Below, piece after piece: positions 52,599 to 62,715 of a stretch of 64,000 bases of DNA. The first letter of the stretch is position 1; each line of letters opens with the position of its first letter. The DNA comes from Glycera tridactyla (Eukaryota), in NCBI GenBank assembly GCA_965644265.1, contig OZ286461.1:108872001-108936000 (forward strand), read 5' to 3'. Position numbers and translations under genes: made by a program. The notes under the pieces are model-generated. The model saw only the letters and a program-made list of their open reading frames with translations. It was not told where the DNA came from and did no database searches.

Positions 52599-55500
52599 TA
52601 ATACCAGACACGAAATGCTACTGACAATGAAGAAGAATAATAGTTATAATGACAGAAGAGACTCACCCTGGGGCCTAAAAATTGTTGGTAATATTTTGAT
52701 CTTACGCATTTGATGTGAATCGTCAGCCAAATATATTCCCATAAGAATTGTTCACAAATCTTCGACAGACTGAAGTATTTCGTACCACAGCTAATTCAAA
52801 TTTTGAATTGAATATGATATTTTGTTGTAGTTGGAAGTGCGTGCTTATGATCTGGGGAGCCCAAGCTATGATGATCGTACAATTGTGACCATTGAGGTTT
52901 TAGACAAAGATGACAATCCACCCATATTTAATCCCAAGTCAGTAGTGATGAATGTTCGTGAAGAGATCAGCAATATCGTGATTGGTCTTATTCAACCAGC
53001 CTATGATCCTGATATGGGAAATAACTCACGTGTCTGCTATTATATTGTAGGTAAGCAATCCCATTTGTTTTTGTATTTGTCTTTGTTTGCTGATTGAACT
53101 CATGGCACCGGAGGCTACATGCGTACAACCTCATCTTTCTACATCAGTATGAATGATAATTAGAAACAAAACCCATTTATAAATAAGAGAAGAGAAGAGC
53201 AGATATAGGGTATAAAGTGTAATGTAAAGTGTCCAATACCATGTTGGTTTATTTGACTGTTTTGACCGATAAATGTCATATCAGCCTGGTACTAGTGCCT
53301 TCCCAATGCTGCAGTTAGCTATTTTTGAGTGTAAGGTCTAACCCTCTACCTTTTAATTTTGAAACCTCCTCTTTTGTGCTTGCCTGTGTGTGATATGCTG
53401 AGCAGGAGTTTTCTTGAAGTGATGACCTATCTTGATTAGACAAGAACATACACTGGTATTCTATGTGTGTTTTCCAACTCATATAACAACACTGTTTACA
53501 GTGGCATTTGTCACATATCCAGCATATTGGTATAAGGATGGGGAAAAATTTTTGAATTGTGTAACCTGAAAGAAACCCCAAGATGGAAATGAGGCAGTGA
53601 CGTCCCACGCTGCCTGTTCCGCAAGTCGACTGCCTGCACGTTGCGCTTCTAGGAGTACCAAATCAAATTTGAATTTGGAGTCTGTGATCTGTGACAAGTC
53701 TCCTTTTTCAACCAACCATATGGATAATCTGAAGGCTTTACTGAGGCCCAAAAGCATAGCAACGCAGAATACCTTATCATTCAATTTTGATATTTGCACA
53801 TACACTGATGGCAAGAAAAGATATATTGGTAGAGATAACTCATAAATATTGCAATATGATTTCAGGAGGTGATCAAGAATTTTTGAGTTACTTCAATCTG
53901 AATAAAACTTCTCGTGCCTTGCACCTGGTGAGATCAATCGATCGAGAGGTCACGACGTCGGTAAACCTTCTGGTGAAAGCCAGCGATGATTGTGTGACGT
54001 CACAGTGGATCAATATCATGAATATGCAGTGGAACGAAAGCGACTCATCACAGCTGTCAGTCACCATCCTCGTTCAGGATATTGACGATAATAAGCCAAC
54101 CTTTGATGAAACCTGGTTCACGGCTGGTGTGACACGAGACACACAAGATGGAGAGGAAGTCGTTGACCTATCAGTAAGTCTCTCTAGTGATGTATGATTT
54201 CATTTTGAGAATCGCTGGGTATCTCAGTAGTTGCTTGTACCCAAATGTGCATGGGGGTCACAATAAATTCAGTACAAAAAAGAATATGGATTTATTTATG
54301 TATAATTGAATGAGAAATATATATATACCAGTAAATGTAGCATTTGCAAATTCACTTTGAAAATTCTTGATATATACATGAAACATATAGTAAAACTGGT
54401 GTAATTCCAACATACATTTGCTATTAATTTCTTTTCTTTTGCAGTTGTCTGTGTCTGATATAGATAGTGCAGAAAATTGGAATGCATCTTATGAAATCAC
54501 CCGCATCACCACAACGCCAGATCAACTTGCCAATGAGATCGATGGGCAGCCATTCCAGATAGACCGATTGAATGGGATGATCACAACAAACACTTACTTC
54601 CAACCACACATGCAGGGCTACTTCACCATTGATGTGGTTGTCACTGGAGGAAATACACAATTCATTGCAGACAATACTGATCATGCAGAAGTCTCAGTAA
54701 GTTTCAATGATTTAAGCATGTTACGGTAGAAGCACTTTTGAGATATAGCGCTCTATGCTAACACCTGCCATATGGGCACAAATAGGCAGATCAACAGTTA
54801 GGGCTGGTAATCTCATCAGTATGACTGCCGAGGACAGGTGAATAACAATGATTCAGTCTTCAGATGATATGCAGGTGGTCAGGTGATATTCTTGGAGAGG
54901 GCAGGTGAGAATGGAATTTCACTTGCATGAAGGACGGCTGAAGGAGAGCTTTAATTTTGAGCCTTGATCTGAATCCAGAAAAGATGATACAGAATAGTTC
55001 TTTGATTATGGGATTCAAGTTTTTCCATATCTGACTAAGGTCAGGAAGAGAGTGATGTGTCGGGGCAGATTACTTCTGTATGTTGGAGACTGACCATTTG
55101 TAACAGGATTGCTCACCGTACACTCATCCTGTCTTGAATGGAATGACTTATGTGGTCTGGCAATTGGATGTTTCTAGTACTAATTCTTATGGTTTTCTTA
55201 TCACCTTTGAATCATCAAAGGGATGCATTGTACAATACGCTCTTTCTTTTTCAGATTTACTTGCTCAATGAAGAACAAAGAGCAAAAGTCATCTTGCGTG
55301 GAACACCACAGGAAGTAGGAGCTTTCAAGAACACTTTTGCAGAGTAAGTATCGACAAGCTTCATGATTTGATGAGCATCCACTGAACTACTGCAGTTATG
55401 CATTTAAATGGTGAGATATTTCTGGGCTGAAATAGCAAATAGAAATATCTCAATAGAAGGATTTCAGTGAACTACCACCCTTAACTTAGAAAGGTTACTT

Positions 55501-58500
55501 TTATCAGTGCTTGTTTGAAGCCCGGACCTTTCATCTATGGCTGCAACATCACCATGCAAGCATACCTACCAGTGTACAAGTTATGCATTGACAACATAAA
55601 TCATTGGTTTGAGAATGTTTTGGGGAAGTTAACAATTATAATGGCGATAAATATTGTGGAAATCAGGCACGGGTTCTCAGAGGCTTTGGACGGTCAATAA
55701 ATTGATTGATTGAGTAATACTTAATGGTTCAACTGATCTTCTTTACACTACCAACAACTCAATTTAGGCATCTGATATAAGTTGATTTATTCCCATGTGT
55801 AACTCCTTTTTCTCTTTTTTTGCAGATTTCTAACAAATATCACAGGATATAAGATAAATGTAGACAAAATACAAACTCATGTGGATGAGTTTGGTGTTCC
55901 AGATGATCACAAGTAAGTTACATTGATTAATTACAATGAATTTATTGATTGATAATCATCTATTCTCAGGGAGTTTTCAGTGGTGTATCTTTTGTCCAGG
56001 GCTATGATGCATACCTCTCAAAACAATCCATACCCCTAATTAGGATGTTCTCTTGTTGACATATGTATGTGTGCAAAAATATATACAGTGAGACCAACCT
56101 ATGTCAAGAGACCGTCACTTTTGAGAGACCGCTTATTGTGGATATTTACTGCTGTCCCTCCTCACAGGTTTCACTGTATGTACTCATGAAATATTACATA
56201 TCATCCATCGATTGTGTGATTGATTTGAGTGAGCGCATTGGGGGAATTTTCATATTTAATCTGTATATGGTGTCAAGTGCAGATTATTCCCATCATCAAC
56301 TACCATTGCCTGTCCTAAATCTGAGGGAAAAAACCCTGAATCATCTGATATCTTATTCCTGTCTAATATACATCATGTCTTTTTTTCTTCTTTCTATATT
56401 CCAGGACAGATATGTTTATCCATGCTGTCGATCCTAAAACTGGGACAGTATTAGATTCTACAGTACTAATAGAGTGAGTACCAGTTTCCATGATTATCCC
56501 AGTGATATACTGGGTCATCATCATACTTCATTCTGTATTTATGTCATTGACAGTGAGTCTTGAAGGAACTTTTGCTCAGATTTGCAGAAATTTCTATCGA
56601 TCTCAAAACATGGAAGTTCCGGGACTATTCTGTCTATAGATTCCAGTATCAGTTCACTAATTCATCAGCAATGCAGATTTACTCAAGATAACTTTTTGGT
56701 GCCAATCATCTATAAAACGTTGAGTATACTAGCTATGTTTTAGCAAACCCAACACAAGAATGCTACTGAATGTGTGATTTGGTGTTATTTTCTCTATTTC
56801 AGCTTAATAGACAAAAATTATTACTCGCTTGAGACACTCTTCAAGGAGTACAATGTTATTAACATTGTGGTAAGTTCACATTTTCTACTTTAATTTATGG
56901 TGCATCTCTAAACTGGCTTGCAGGAATTGTTTTCATCATTCGTTCTCATGGCACTTTAAAACTACTGTTCTGTGATCTTGAATTTGAGAATGATAAGATG
57001 AGGTTTTTCAACTAGAATTAGAATATACACTCTCTCCCACTTAATTTATGATTCTGAACTGTCTCTCTGTCTCTCTGTCTCCATCTGTCTTTTACTGCCT
57101 GTCTGNNNNNNNNNNNNNNNNNNNNNNNNNNNNNNNNNNNNNNNNNNNNNNNNNNNNNNNNNNNNNNNNNNNNNNNNNNNNNNNNNNNNNNNNNNNNNNN
57201 NNNNNNNNNNNNNNNNNNNNNNNNNNNNNNNNNNNNNNNNNNNNNNCTGTATCTGTCTCTCTGCTTATCTGTCTGTATATGTCCATCCATCCATCTCCTG
57301 TAATTAATTCATTGAATGCTATGAAAATTTCCTTGGATCAATTGTATGGCTGTTAAATGTCTCATGATGTATATTTCATCTAATACCATGTCAATGACTC
57401 ATAACTCGTGGGATTCATGATGCATCGTCTGTTTCCAGCCTGCTGTAATTGCAACAAATGCGGCAGCAGATGAGGAGGTCATCCAAGTAGTGCTCATCAT
57501 CGTCGCCACCTTCCTCGTCATCCTTCTCATCATCATCTGTGCCACATTCTGCACCTGTAGAACAAAGTAGGTCCAACTCAGCTATCCCATATTACAACTT
57601 CCTCTGAATGTATTGTCAGAAATCTGGCTTCTAAGTTGATACTACGACGGATGGTATGCACTTTAGAAGTCCCCAGATGTATATAACAGGACCAATTTCG
57701 TTGGGACTCCCTTGTTATCATGTCAAATTCATTCCATTACATTATTTCCCATGATATGGTTATCACTGTAATTGTATATCCATCAGCCTAATTCCGCTAA
57801 TTGATTGAATATCCTGTATTATGTAATGCATGAATTTCAAATCGCAAATGAAAATAGAAGTATCTCGTCATCCTGAAGAATAATGTCTTGTAAATCTAAC
57901 TGCATATGACGAATTCAAATGACTGCATATGACGAATTCAAATGAAGTGTTAAAATCAAAATCAACTGATCTCACCTCAACTAAATTCAAGTCGAATATC
58001 AGATGCAAATCTAGCAATCCTATGAATAGCTGTATGGTTGACTATGTGATGTCTTGTTAGCACCAGCTGGGCTATATTGAGACACCCATGCAATGGTTAT
58101 GGGTGGAATCATTCAAGACTTTCTCTTAAGTGGAGCCCTAATGAAGGGGTGAAATGATATGAACATCACAGATGGGTGATATTATTGCAATCTTGTTATA
58201 GAATTATACATTCCGAGTGTGAATTGATATCAAAAGCAGGTCTTGAGTAAGAGTTATACAAATGGGCTCTATATGACAGAATCGATAGATGTATTAAATC
58301 GTTTGATTTAGTTATCATTTGCTACCTTTTTTTGAAGAGAAAGTAAATGTAAAAATTGTCTTGGTATATTACACTGCTGGGTGTCTATCATCTCTATTAC
58401 TCATCCATACCATACCATGACTGTATGTACTACTTTTTTCAGATATAAACGAAAATTAAAAGCAGCCACTGCCATGGCATTTGGTAAGTAAACTAACCTT

Positions 58501-58870
58501 GTATATGAAGTAGTGGGATTTGTTAGAATTATCGATATAACCAAATTATTCTGATTTGAGCTTTCAACTTTGGGGTCCATGATCCAGCCTACATCCATGG
58601 TTATACCTGATTATCCCATCTACAATTTATTGTGGCTCCATGATTTCTATATATCTGTTGGCAGACATGATTTCAAGAAAGTTTTCATTTTTTGAATGTA
58701 CTCCAGGCATTTTGAGGGAAAGTAATTGGTACCAACCAAAATCTCAAACTGAATATCGACAAAATATCAAAAAAAAATATTGGAGAATAGCTGACCCTTT
58801 GCCCATGTATATCACAATTTGAAAAATACATTTCATATAATCACTATTCACCCCTACCCCGGCATGGTGT

Positions 58871-58901
<31 letters not shown>

Positions 58902-61900
58902 GAAGATGGGTTGATGATTGTGAATGCAGCTTGAATATGAATCGTGCTTATCATGAGTTGTAATTGACCAACCCATCCCATGCTTTATGTATGGGAACTT
59001 TACACCATTCTTTATCATGTACCAGATTTAATGCCCACTAAATCATTGTACGCATCTTATATTCAGTATTTTGGTTCAATATATTATCCTTGAGTATTTT
59101 AATCAAGTTGATTGTCTAAGTTGTTCATTTTGATTTCCATATGATGCCTATTATCGTTTTTTGTTATCATTGTAGACCTAGTAGATAATGTTGAAATCTC
59201 AAAAGGTAATATATTTGGTTGGTAGGTAGGGCAGGGTTGAGTTGTACTCAGAGCTTTGATTTTTTCCACAAATATCAATTTTTGAATCACGATACTCATT
59301 CTCACGGTGTTGATGGCGAGCACATCATGATATATATATATATATCTAATTTGCAGTGCAAATATCATCATCTCTGTTTTCACACCTGAAGCTTCTGATT
59401 CTTCTCTGCAAAGATTTTCTTTTCCTAGGCTAGCCTCTGCTGGCACATCAAGAAACGCCAAAATATTTTGAGAGATGCTAGAGGGAATTCCCCTTGAACC
59501 ATTATCATAATGTAGATCTCACATGTTGTGTTGGCTATTTTCACAGGTTATGTGTCTGTTGGAGCAAGTTTGCTTGGCAGTGTTACTAATTTCAGTCATA
59601 TTGATACTCATCCAATATTTCAGCAAATATTGTTACTCATAATTCTCCAATATTTCAGCCTAGGCCACTCAAATTCACAAATATGTGGGGGTTGGACTGT
59701 AGGTGATAGAGTGGGTCAAATTCACAAGAAAGGATGCTGCATTTACTAACATGATCCTGCATAGCATCAGTTTACGACATCTGGGTGATGATGGAACATT
59801 CTCTGGCAACCCTGTTATTCCACAAATGCTATAGCAAATATTTCTCAAGAACAAGATTTGATTTTAGCAAGAGTCACTTTCTTGAGGCAAGGAGTTTAGC
59901 AATCCAGATTTTCTTTCAGCAAGAAATTGATCTAGTCTCATAGGTGACTAGTGAGTTCTACAGAGAGTGCCAGGTCGACAAAATCTGACAGCATTCTGTT
60001 AGCATTGTGCCAGAATTTTACCCCATCTTTATTTTACTCTCAAACCTGTCCCATATCTAAAAGCTAGATGCATTCACTCAGTAGACGAATCGTTTTAGCA
60101 ATAGCAAATTTGAGAATGCCTAATGGAAAACCCAGGTCCTGAACCTCATGAGGTCCTTCAAGCATGACCTCTGTAAATGTGATCAAATATTATTATGAAC
60201 GAAAAAGTCCTGAATTCATTGTGAAATCATTTTGTAAATCCAATCACAGATATCTGATTGGATCTCCAGAAATTTAGGCCAGACATGTGCCTGTCTTGAA
60301 AAAAGGTGCAATTTGCGCAAAGGTCCTGCAACGATCCCCATCGTTTCCGTAGTAGCATTGCATAGGGGGACAGATTACATCACATAGTTTTGCGGATATT
60401 TCACCTTGCCCTTGCTTCACTTTGTACAGAAAACCAGGGGATGCGGATGGGTAATGGTGAGCACAGCCATCTGGTGGCCATTTTGCACATTATTACGATC
60501 ACACTCTCTCTGCACTCTGTGATGTTGTCGTCTAATCATTGTCAATAGAAAATCTTACCATAACATCTACTTAGTTTGTGCCAGTCATTAGTTATTCCTG
60601 AAATTCTCAACTAGTAATGTACAGCTGAAATTGTGAAATATTCTTCATCTCAGACATTTTGTCATTCATGTTTCAGAGTACTTGTCTGATAATGACACTT
60701 TTCTTGTAGCATATCTGGCATCAACAATATCACATCAGGACGTTCTAGTCAGAGCTCTTATCCAAAATGACACCGATTTGCAGAATATTTCACTCTGACC
60801 CAGTGTAACAATTCTCAAGTGATGTACAATGTGGGCTGTCCAACTGTGGCTTCAATCTTGAAGAAGCACATGAGTACTCAAGTTAAACCTATATATTTCA
60901 TCCTAATGATAGAAAACGTTTCATGTATAAATCGAGTCGAATTTCTCAATTTTTGCACTGGGAGAGAAAAATGTGATCCCATTGTTCCTGCTCCTACGGG
61001 TACACAATAGTCCTCGTGGCATACCATGCTGGACTTAAATAAGGACTTTCAAACTTCAACTTCAATTACATTGACATTATAACAGATACCCTCCAAGATC
61101 TTTCTCTCACTGCACCTGCCCTTATTCAATATTGCCATAAGAATATATTTGTAAGAATAACACCTATAATATGACAGTTGGACGTTCATTGGTGAAGTCC
61201 GTCCAAGTCCAATCATGACAGGTACTTTATTTGCCCTAGCATCATGAATTCACTTTGGATCGAGAAGAGGCTCACTCACAGACATTGATGACAACTTTGG
61301 GGACCAGATATATAATCTAAGTGAAATCCCTTGTATATTCCTCTCTAGAATGCCAAATATGTCGATTTCATGCTGATTTCATGGCACATGCGGCAGCCGT
61401 ATCTCCATTGTTTCACAAACAAAAATTCACAGATTCGCCAAGAAAATACAATGAAATGATAATGCATCCTCTTCAGAAGCATATACACTACCTGAAAATA
61501 GGTCCGATGATCACCGGAAGTTCTGTGCAAACAATTTGTGCCATTAGATCTAAAGTCTGGTGAAAAAAGCACCTGTCATGTCTGGATTTGATGAGGTATA
61601 ATGTGTTTCTCAGTAAGTTTTAGGATCTTCACCTGATTTCCTGACATTGTGATCTAATGTTGAATTTTTTTTATTAGGAGGTGTTAGGTGTATTTTGATG
61701 TTTTTAATCATCCCCAGTCATGTGCTGGGTACCACAGAGATAGTCTGACTAGTGTCGCATGTTTTCCTCTCATTTGTCAGTCATCAGATGTTTGTGCATG
61801 TTAGTGATCATGTTGTTTACTAACACCCTTTTCACCTAGATTTCACATTCTCCACATCTATCATGTTCAGTAATGTACCACATTGATATTCAAGTATTTT

Positions 61901-62715
61901 CATATATCCTTTGACCACATTTGTTTTGCATGAATGGTTGAAGTGTTTTTGCATCAGAACTTATTGTCTTATTGAGTTGTGAACTCAGACAAATAATAAG
62001 TCTACTCTGAAGACTCTTCAGTCTCTGCAGACTATTGTAATCTCCTATATACAGTAAAACCTGTCTATAGTGAAAAGTCACAGGCCAGATTTTTCTTTTC
62101 ACTGTAGACAGGCTTTCACTATATACAGGTCAATTATAGTGAAAAAATTATATTGTAATCTCCTATATACAGTAAAACCTGTCTATAGTGAAAAGTCACG
62201 GGCCAAATATTTCTTTTCATTGTAGACAGGATTTCACTGTGGACAGGATTACACTATAGCAGGTTTTACTGTTACTGTATCCCAGTATTTAGAATTTTAG
62301 AGAAATGGATTTTGCCAGTATATGAGAAAATTGCCAGATATTAAAACAATCTTTTCATATTCCCATCTGCAACTTGTCTGGGCTCGACTTTGTGACAATT
62401 ATTGCTGCAGAGATCTCATCATATTTTTGGAATGAGCATAAAATTTTGATTGGTGTTGACACTTTTTCATTACTTTGGGTGTGAACACCTTCTGCTGGTG
62501 AATAATAGTAATGGAATAATCATTATCATATTTATCAATGATATGGCGATTTTCAGGCTTCAGGAGCAGCAAAAATGGAGGCCAATCATTATTTGCTGCA
62601 TACCATCTTTTCATACAATTTTTTGAATAATCTCTCTTTTTTGTTTTGTAGGAAATAGTGGCTCACATCTAAATCATTTAGAAGTTCCTGGAACAAATCA
62701 GCATACCTTTGAAGG
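18532..62715 (+). CDS. Cad87A: Multi-exon Cad87A-like non-classical cadherin (14 EC repeats + membrane-adjacent domain + TM + partial cytoplasmic tail); 5' and 3' ends incomplete
   Basis: 31 exons, all AG/GT bounded with matching phases, join into one open frame with repeated PE, DxD, LDRE and DxNDN motifs. These are followed by IYLLNEEQRAKVILR...FLTNITG..INVD, a hydrophobic TM segment, YKRKLKAATAMAFG and VPGTNQHTFEG. The 14-EC architecture and juxtamembrane motifs match my recollection of Cad87A/CDH23-related cadherins; orthology was not tested. Confidence 0.88.
19195..19547. mobile_element. Two adjacent TA-flanked MITEs (19195-19352, 19376-19547)
   Basis: ta|cagtgagacc...ggttgcactg|ta and ta|caatgaaacc...ggtttcactg|ta. 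Confidence 0.75.
21450..21830 (-). mobile_element. Decayed CR1/L2-like RT C-terminal fragment
   Basis: Minus frames give ..EVWDSC.. and ..KTMRWQHLI.., resembling VWDxC and LxWxxLxxRR; broken. Confidence 0.3.
21831..22619. mobile_element. Young CpG-rich non-autonomous Tc1/mariner(pogo)-like element with CCGTA TIRs
   Basis: 24-bp TIRs CCGTA(A/T)ATGACGTAATAATCGCCC match at 23/24; right flank TA, left flank TG; subterminal gggcgattatta copies inside. Confidence 0.82.
23547..23634. mobile_element. TA-flanked MITE, degenerate
   Basis: ta|cagtggg...ggccacc...ggtggc...gtctg|ta. Confidence 0.5.
25169..25320 (+). CDS. cadherin exon 2
   Basis: ttacag|...|gtgaga; EVLGVLSASDSDDQSVNFVIRG...IRLKTTLDRE; phase 1 to 0. 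Confidence 0.92.
26151..26201 (+). CDS. cadherin exon 3
   Basis: tttttcag|...|gtgagt; TVDQYSILFEVSDAFNT. Confidence 0.88.
26345..26730 (-). repeat. Dispersed ~300-bp repeat with tRNA-like A/B boxes (copy 2, 1.3 tandem units)
   Basis: gttgaaa..gtgtttcacgatacaccattgaaatg recurs at ~26346 and ~26643; minus strand TAGCACAGCGTG...AGTTCAAATCC. Confidence 0.75.
27423..27512 (+). CDS. cadherin exon 4
   Basis: ctttcag|...|gtaagt; ISKYATLYVTDVNDNAPAFVNLPYRAEVPE. Confidence 0.93.
27808..30093 (+). mobile_element. Helentron-associated non-autonomous element (DINE-1/HINE/pearl-like) with 170/182-bp satellite array
   Basis: Subterminal IR GTCCCCCGCCG(27814)/CGGCGGGGGAC(30057); 5' hairpin 27814-27842; (GTCC/GTCT)n 27857-27955; about 11-12 tandem units; 3' stem-loop GCATCA-C-TGATGC(30071-30083) then cttgtttttt. 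Confidence 0.88.
27965..29990. repeat. Tandem array, units ~170 bp then ~182 bp
   Basis: Anchor cct(g/a)gaag at 28023, 28193, 28367, 28537, 28707, 28888, 29070, 29252, 29425, 29607, ~29773. Confidence 0.92.
30235..30321 (+). CDS. cadherin exon 5
   Basis: tttccag|...|gtgagt; DAAVGLSVFQVSASDPDLGISGLISYNIT. Confidence 0.93.
30900..33000 (-). mobile_element. Very decayed Penelope-like element remnant (RT + GIY-YIG)
   Basis: Minus frame ~32425-32540 STQFIQKNNIFMQVCGSSMQEIALNNTIMEKL resembles PLE RT YFxFxxxFYxQxxGxxMGSxxSPxxANxFM; YWGQ..TFHK near 31130; weak and frameshifted. Confidence 0.3.
36703..36820. repeat. 25-bp minisatellite x~4.7
   Basis: cactcccatcgtcatgacaacacaa at 36703, 36728, 36753, 36778, 36803. 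Confidence 0.95.
37517..37624 (+). CDS. cadherin exon 6
   Basis: tttgcag|...|gtaagt; TTQGLFTVDTATGIVTLADQLDYETEKFYQLEIMAV. Confidence 0.93.
38690..39090 (+). mobile_element. 3' end of an L2/CR1-group LINE ORF2
   Basis: QNKALRIITKSDY...LQLPFLDCRR...VTRS...VPRLK...SFRYSGARTWN, typical of the ORF2 C-terminus. Confidence 0.72.
39135..39345. repeat. Purine/G-rich low-complexity tract
   Basis: GGA/GGG-rich run directly after the LINE 3' end. Confidence 0.85.
39727..39852 (+). CDS. cadherin exon 7
   Basis: ttgtag|...|gtaagt; DGGLISLNSTTDLIITVGDIQDTAPFFLNSPYLANIPEDLEV. Confidence 0.93.
39989..40159. other. N block
   Basis: 171 N. Confidence 1.
40323..40401 (+). CDS. cadherin exon 8
   Basis: tttgcag|...|gtatgg; GQSVLSVSAKDGDQGVPNPIRYSFLS; ends phase 1. 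Confidence 0.92.
41176..41294 (+). CDS. cadherin exon 9
   Basis: tttcag|...|gtaaga; LSQYFNIDENTGLITLAQVIDREDASIRDLFGALDIVVQ. Confidence 0.93.
41994..42194 (+). CDS. cadherin exon 10
   Basis: tttcag|...|gtcagt; AEEVTATPQG...VDINDQTPTF...IIVTDYDQ. Confidence 0.93.
42440..42740. repeat. Degenerate ~125-bp tandem units, probable HINE-satellite remnant
   Basis: (c/t)ct(a/g)t(c/t)gatt(t)(t/c)gg anchor at ~42465, ~42592, ~42717, with aggtca motifs. Confidence 0.45.
42899..43060 (+). CDS. cadherin exon 11
   Basis: ttttcag|...|gtgagt; GDKGRFELFLEKDG...LDYETITSLTFE. Confidence 0.93.
43646..43810 (+). CDS. cadherin exon 12
   Basis: ttgcag|...|gtatgc; IVAREYLTPEG...EDMNDHWPSF...PVTTIT. Confidence 0.93.
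44477..44544 (+). CDS. cadherin exon 13
   Basis: tttcag|...|gtgagt; ATDEDSGIYGEVSYYIRGASAN; ends phase 2. Confidence 0.92.
45142..45634 (+). CDS. cadherin exon 14
   Basis: ttttcag|...|gtgggt; FRIKLNTGEVFV...LDINDNVP...LDYE...VVIYVE. Confidence 0.95.
46072..46410 (+). CDS. cadherin exon 15
   Basis: ttacag|...|gtaaga; DTNDMAPEF...LDRD...TDINNK. Confidence 0.95.
47152..47340 (+). CDS. cadherin exon 16
   Basis: cttgtag|...|gtatga; APVFDPASQLLAIPENTTVGSSILTYVATDADQD...LPYLQ. Confidence 0.93.
47700..47832 (+). CDS. cadherin exon 17
   Basis: ttacag|...|gtgagt; GLFGIDSDTGTLFVASELDRETVEEVMLVILATDLNGPPLQTAT. Confidence 0.94.
47854..48011. mobile_element. TA-flanked MITE just after an exon donor
   Basis: ta|cagtcatacc ... 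gatttaactg|ta. Confidence 0.65.
48261..48572 (+). CDS. cadherin exon 18
   Basis: tttgcag|...|gtacgt; QLFITLIDVNDNPPTF...VDRE...DAGVPVKT. Confidence 0.95.
48915..49129 (+). CDS. cadherin exon 19
   Basis: attcag|...|gtaagt; YATIEVSIEDVNDNSPEW...AIDADTGAFG...FSINSTT. Confidence 0.94.
49421..50003 (-). mobile_element. 5'-truncated Penelope-like retroelement (RT thumb end + GIY-YIG endonuclease), one in-frame stop
   Basis: Minus frame: IPYVGPCTDAICRILRKSGVTVHFTPANTIRSK*VHPKDKIKKGDKTGLVYQIQCEDCKITYVGETERALKKRITEH...AEAVFI...LNRDRG...YREIL; 13-bp direct repeats aatcttgtgtctt at 49408-49420 and 50004-50016. Confidence 0.9.
49455..49510 (-). ncRNA. Minimal type I hammerhead ribozyme motif
   Basis: GUAGCCACUCA-CUGAGGA-G-AGAGCUC(GGAU)GGGCUCU-GAA-AGCU-A-UGACUUUCUAC: catalytic core, 7-bp stem II, palindromic stem III, interrupted stem I. 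Confidence 0.72.
50263..50787 (+). CDS. cadherin exon 20
   Basis: ttttcag|...|gttggt; GVISLMGPLDREEE...LDVNDDTP...DDVNDHEP...VFVYE. Confidence 0.95.
50896..51386. mobile_element. TA-flanked MITE with an internal 43-bp x9 tandem array
   Basis: ta|cagtgaaa ... tttcactg|ta; unit gtgacatagtcaaatagacctccaacaagcgaccactcttcta repeated 50962-51348. Confidence 0.88.
52307..52504 (+). CDS. cadherin exon 21
   Basis: tttcag|...|gtgaga; NVALRSPVVQVVAIDLDQNENGEV...IDRELQEKYS. Confidence 0.94.
52559..52602. repeat. (AAT)n microsatellite
   Basis: About 12 AAT units. Confidence 0.95.
52831..53050 (+). CDS. cadherin exon 22
   Basis: ttgtag|...|gtaagc; LEVRAYDLGSP...LDKDDNPPIF...RVCYYIV. Confidence 0.94.
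53300..53830 (-). mobile_element. Decayed non-LTR RT core fragment
   Basis: LNDKVFCVAMLLGLSKAF resembles the LDLSKAFD motif; YAGYVT lies where YADDT is expected. Confidence 0.45.
53866..54173 (+). CDS. cadherin exon 23
   Basis: tttcag|...|gtaagt; GDQEFLSYF...IDRE...ASDDC...QDIDDNKPTF...VVDLS. Confidence 0.94.
54445..54696 (+). CDS. cadherin exon 24 (EC14)
   Basis: tttgcag|...|gtaagt; LSVSDIDSAENW...FQIDRLNGMI...DHAEVS. Confidence 0.92.
55255..55343 (+). CDS. cadherin exon 25 (membrane-adjacent domain)
   Basis: ttttcag|...|gtaagt; IYLLNEEQRAKVILRGTPQEVGAFKNTFA. Confidence 0.92.
55826..55912 (+). CDS. cadherin exon 26
   Basis: tttgcag|...|gtaagt; FLTNITGYKINVDKIQTHVDEFGVPDDH; phase 2 to 2. 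Confidence 0.92.
56086..56176. mobile_element. TA-flanked MITE
   Basis: ta|cagtgagacc ... ggtttcactg|ta. Confidence 0.7.
56405..56473 (+). CDS. cadherin exon 27
   Basis: ttccag|...|gtgagt; TDMFIHAVDPKTGTVLDSTVLI. Confidence 0.9.
56803..56869 (+). CDS. cadherin exon 28
   Basis: tttcag|...|gtaagt; LIDKNYYSLETLFKEYNVINIV. Confidence 0.9.
57106..57246. other. N block inside a (CT/CTGT)-rich microsatellite
   Basis: 141 N flanked on both sides by ctgtctct-type repeats. Confidence 1.
57439..57566 (+). CDS. cadherin exon 29 (transmembrane)
   Basis: tttccag|...|gtaggt; PAVIATNAAADEEVIQVVLIIVATFLVILLIIICATFCTCRT. Confidence 0.92.
57899..57944. repeat. 23-bp tandem duplication
   Basis: actgcatatgacgaattcaaatg x2. 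Confidence 0.9.
58443..58483 (+). CDS. cadherin exon 30 (juxtamembrane basic segment)
   Basis: ttttcag|...|gtaagt; YKRKLKAATAMAF. Confidence 0.9.
60700..61330 (-). mobile_element. Decayed CR1-type RT C-terminal fragment
   Basis: Minus strand EKDLG (61092-61106) followed by EDYCVPV (60995-61015), resembling EKDLG...LEYCVxxW. Confidence 0.45.
62034..62271. mobile_element. TA-flanked MITE with a 118-bp tandem duplication including the left flank
   Basis: attgtaatctcctatatacagtaaaacctgtctatagtgaaaagtcac at 62034 and 62152; right TIR ggttttactg. Confidence 0.8.
62652..62715 (+). CDS. cadherin exon 31 (cytoplasmic PxTN motif)
   Basis: tttgtag|...|gtgagt; NSGSHLNHLEVPGTNQHTFE(G); the phase 1 start fits exon 30. 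Confidence 0.85.

Noticed and set aside
59546-59660. Possible phase-1 cytoplasmic exon (tttcacag|gttatgtg..)
   Set aside because: No convincing in-phase donor or conserved motif; exon 30 joins 62652 directly in frame.
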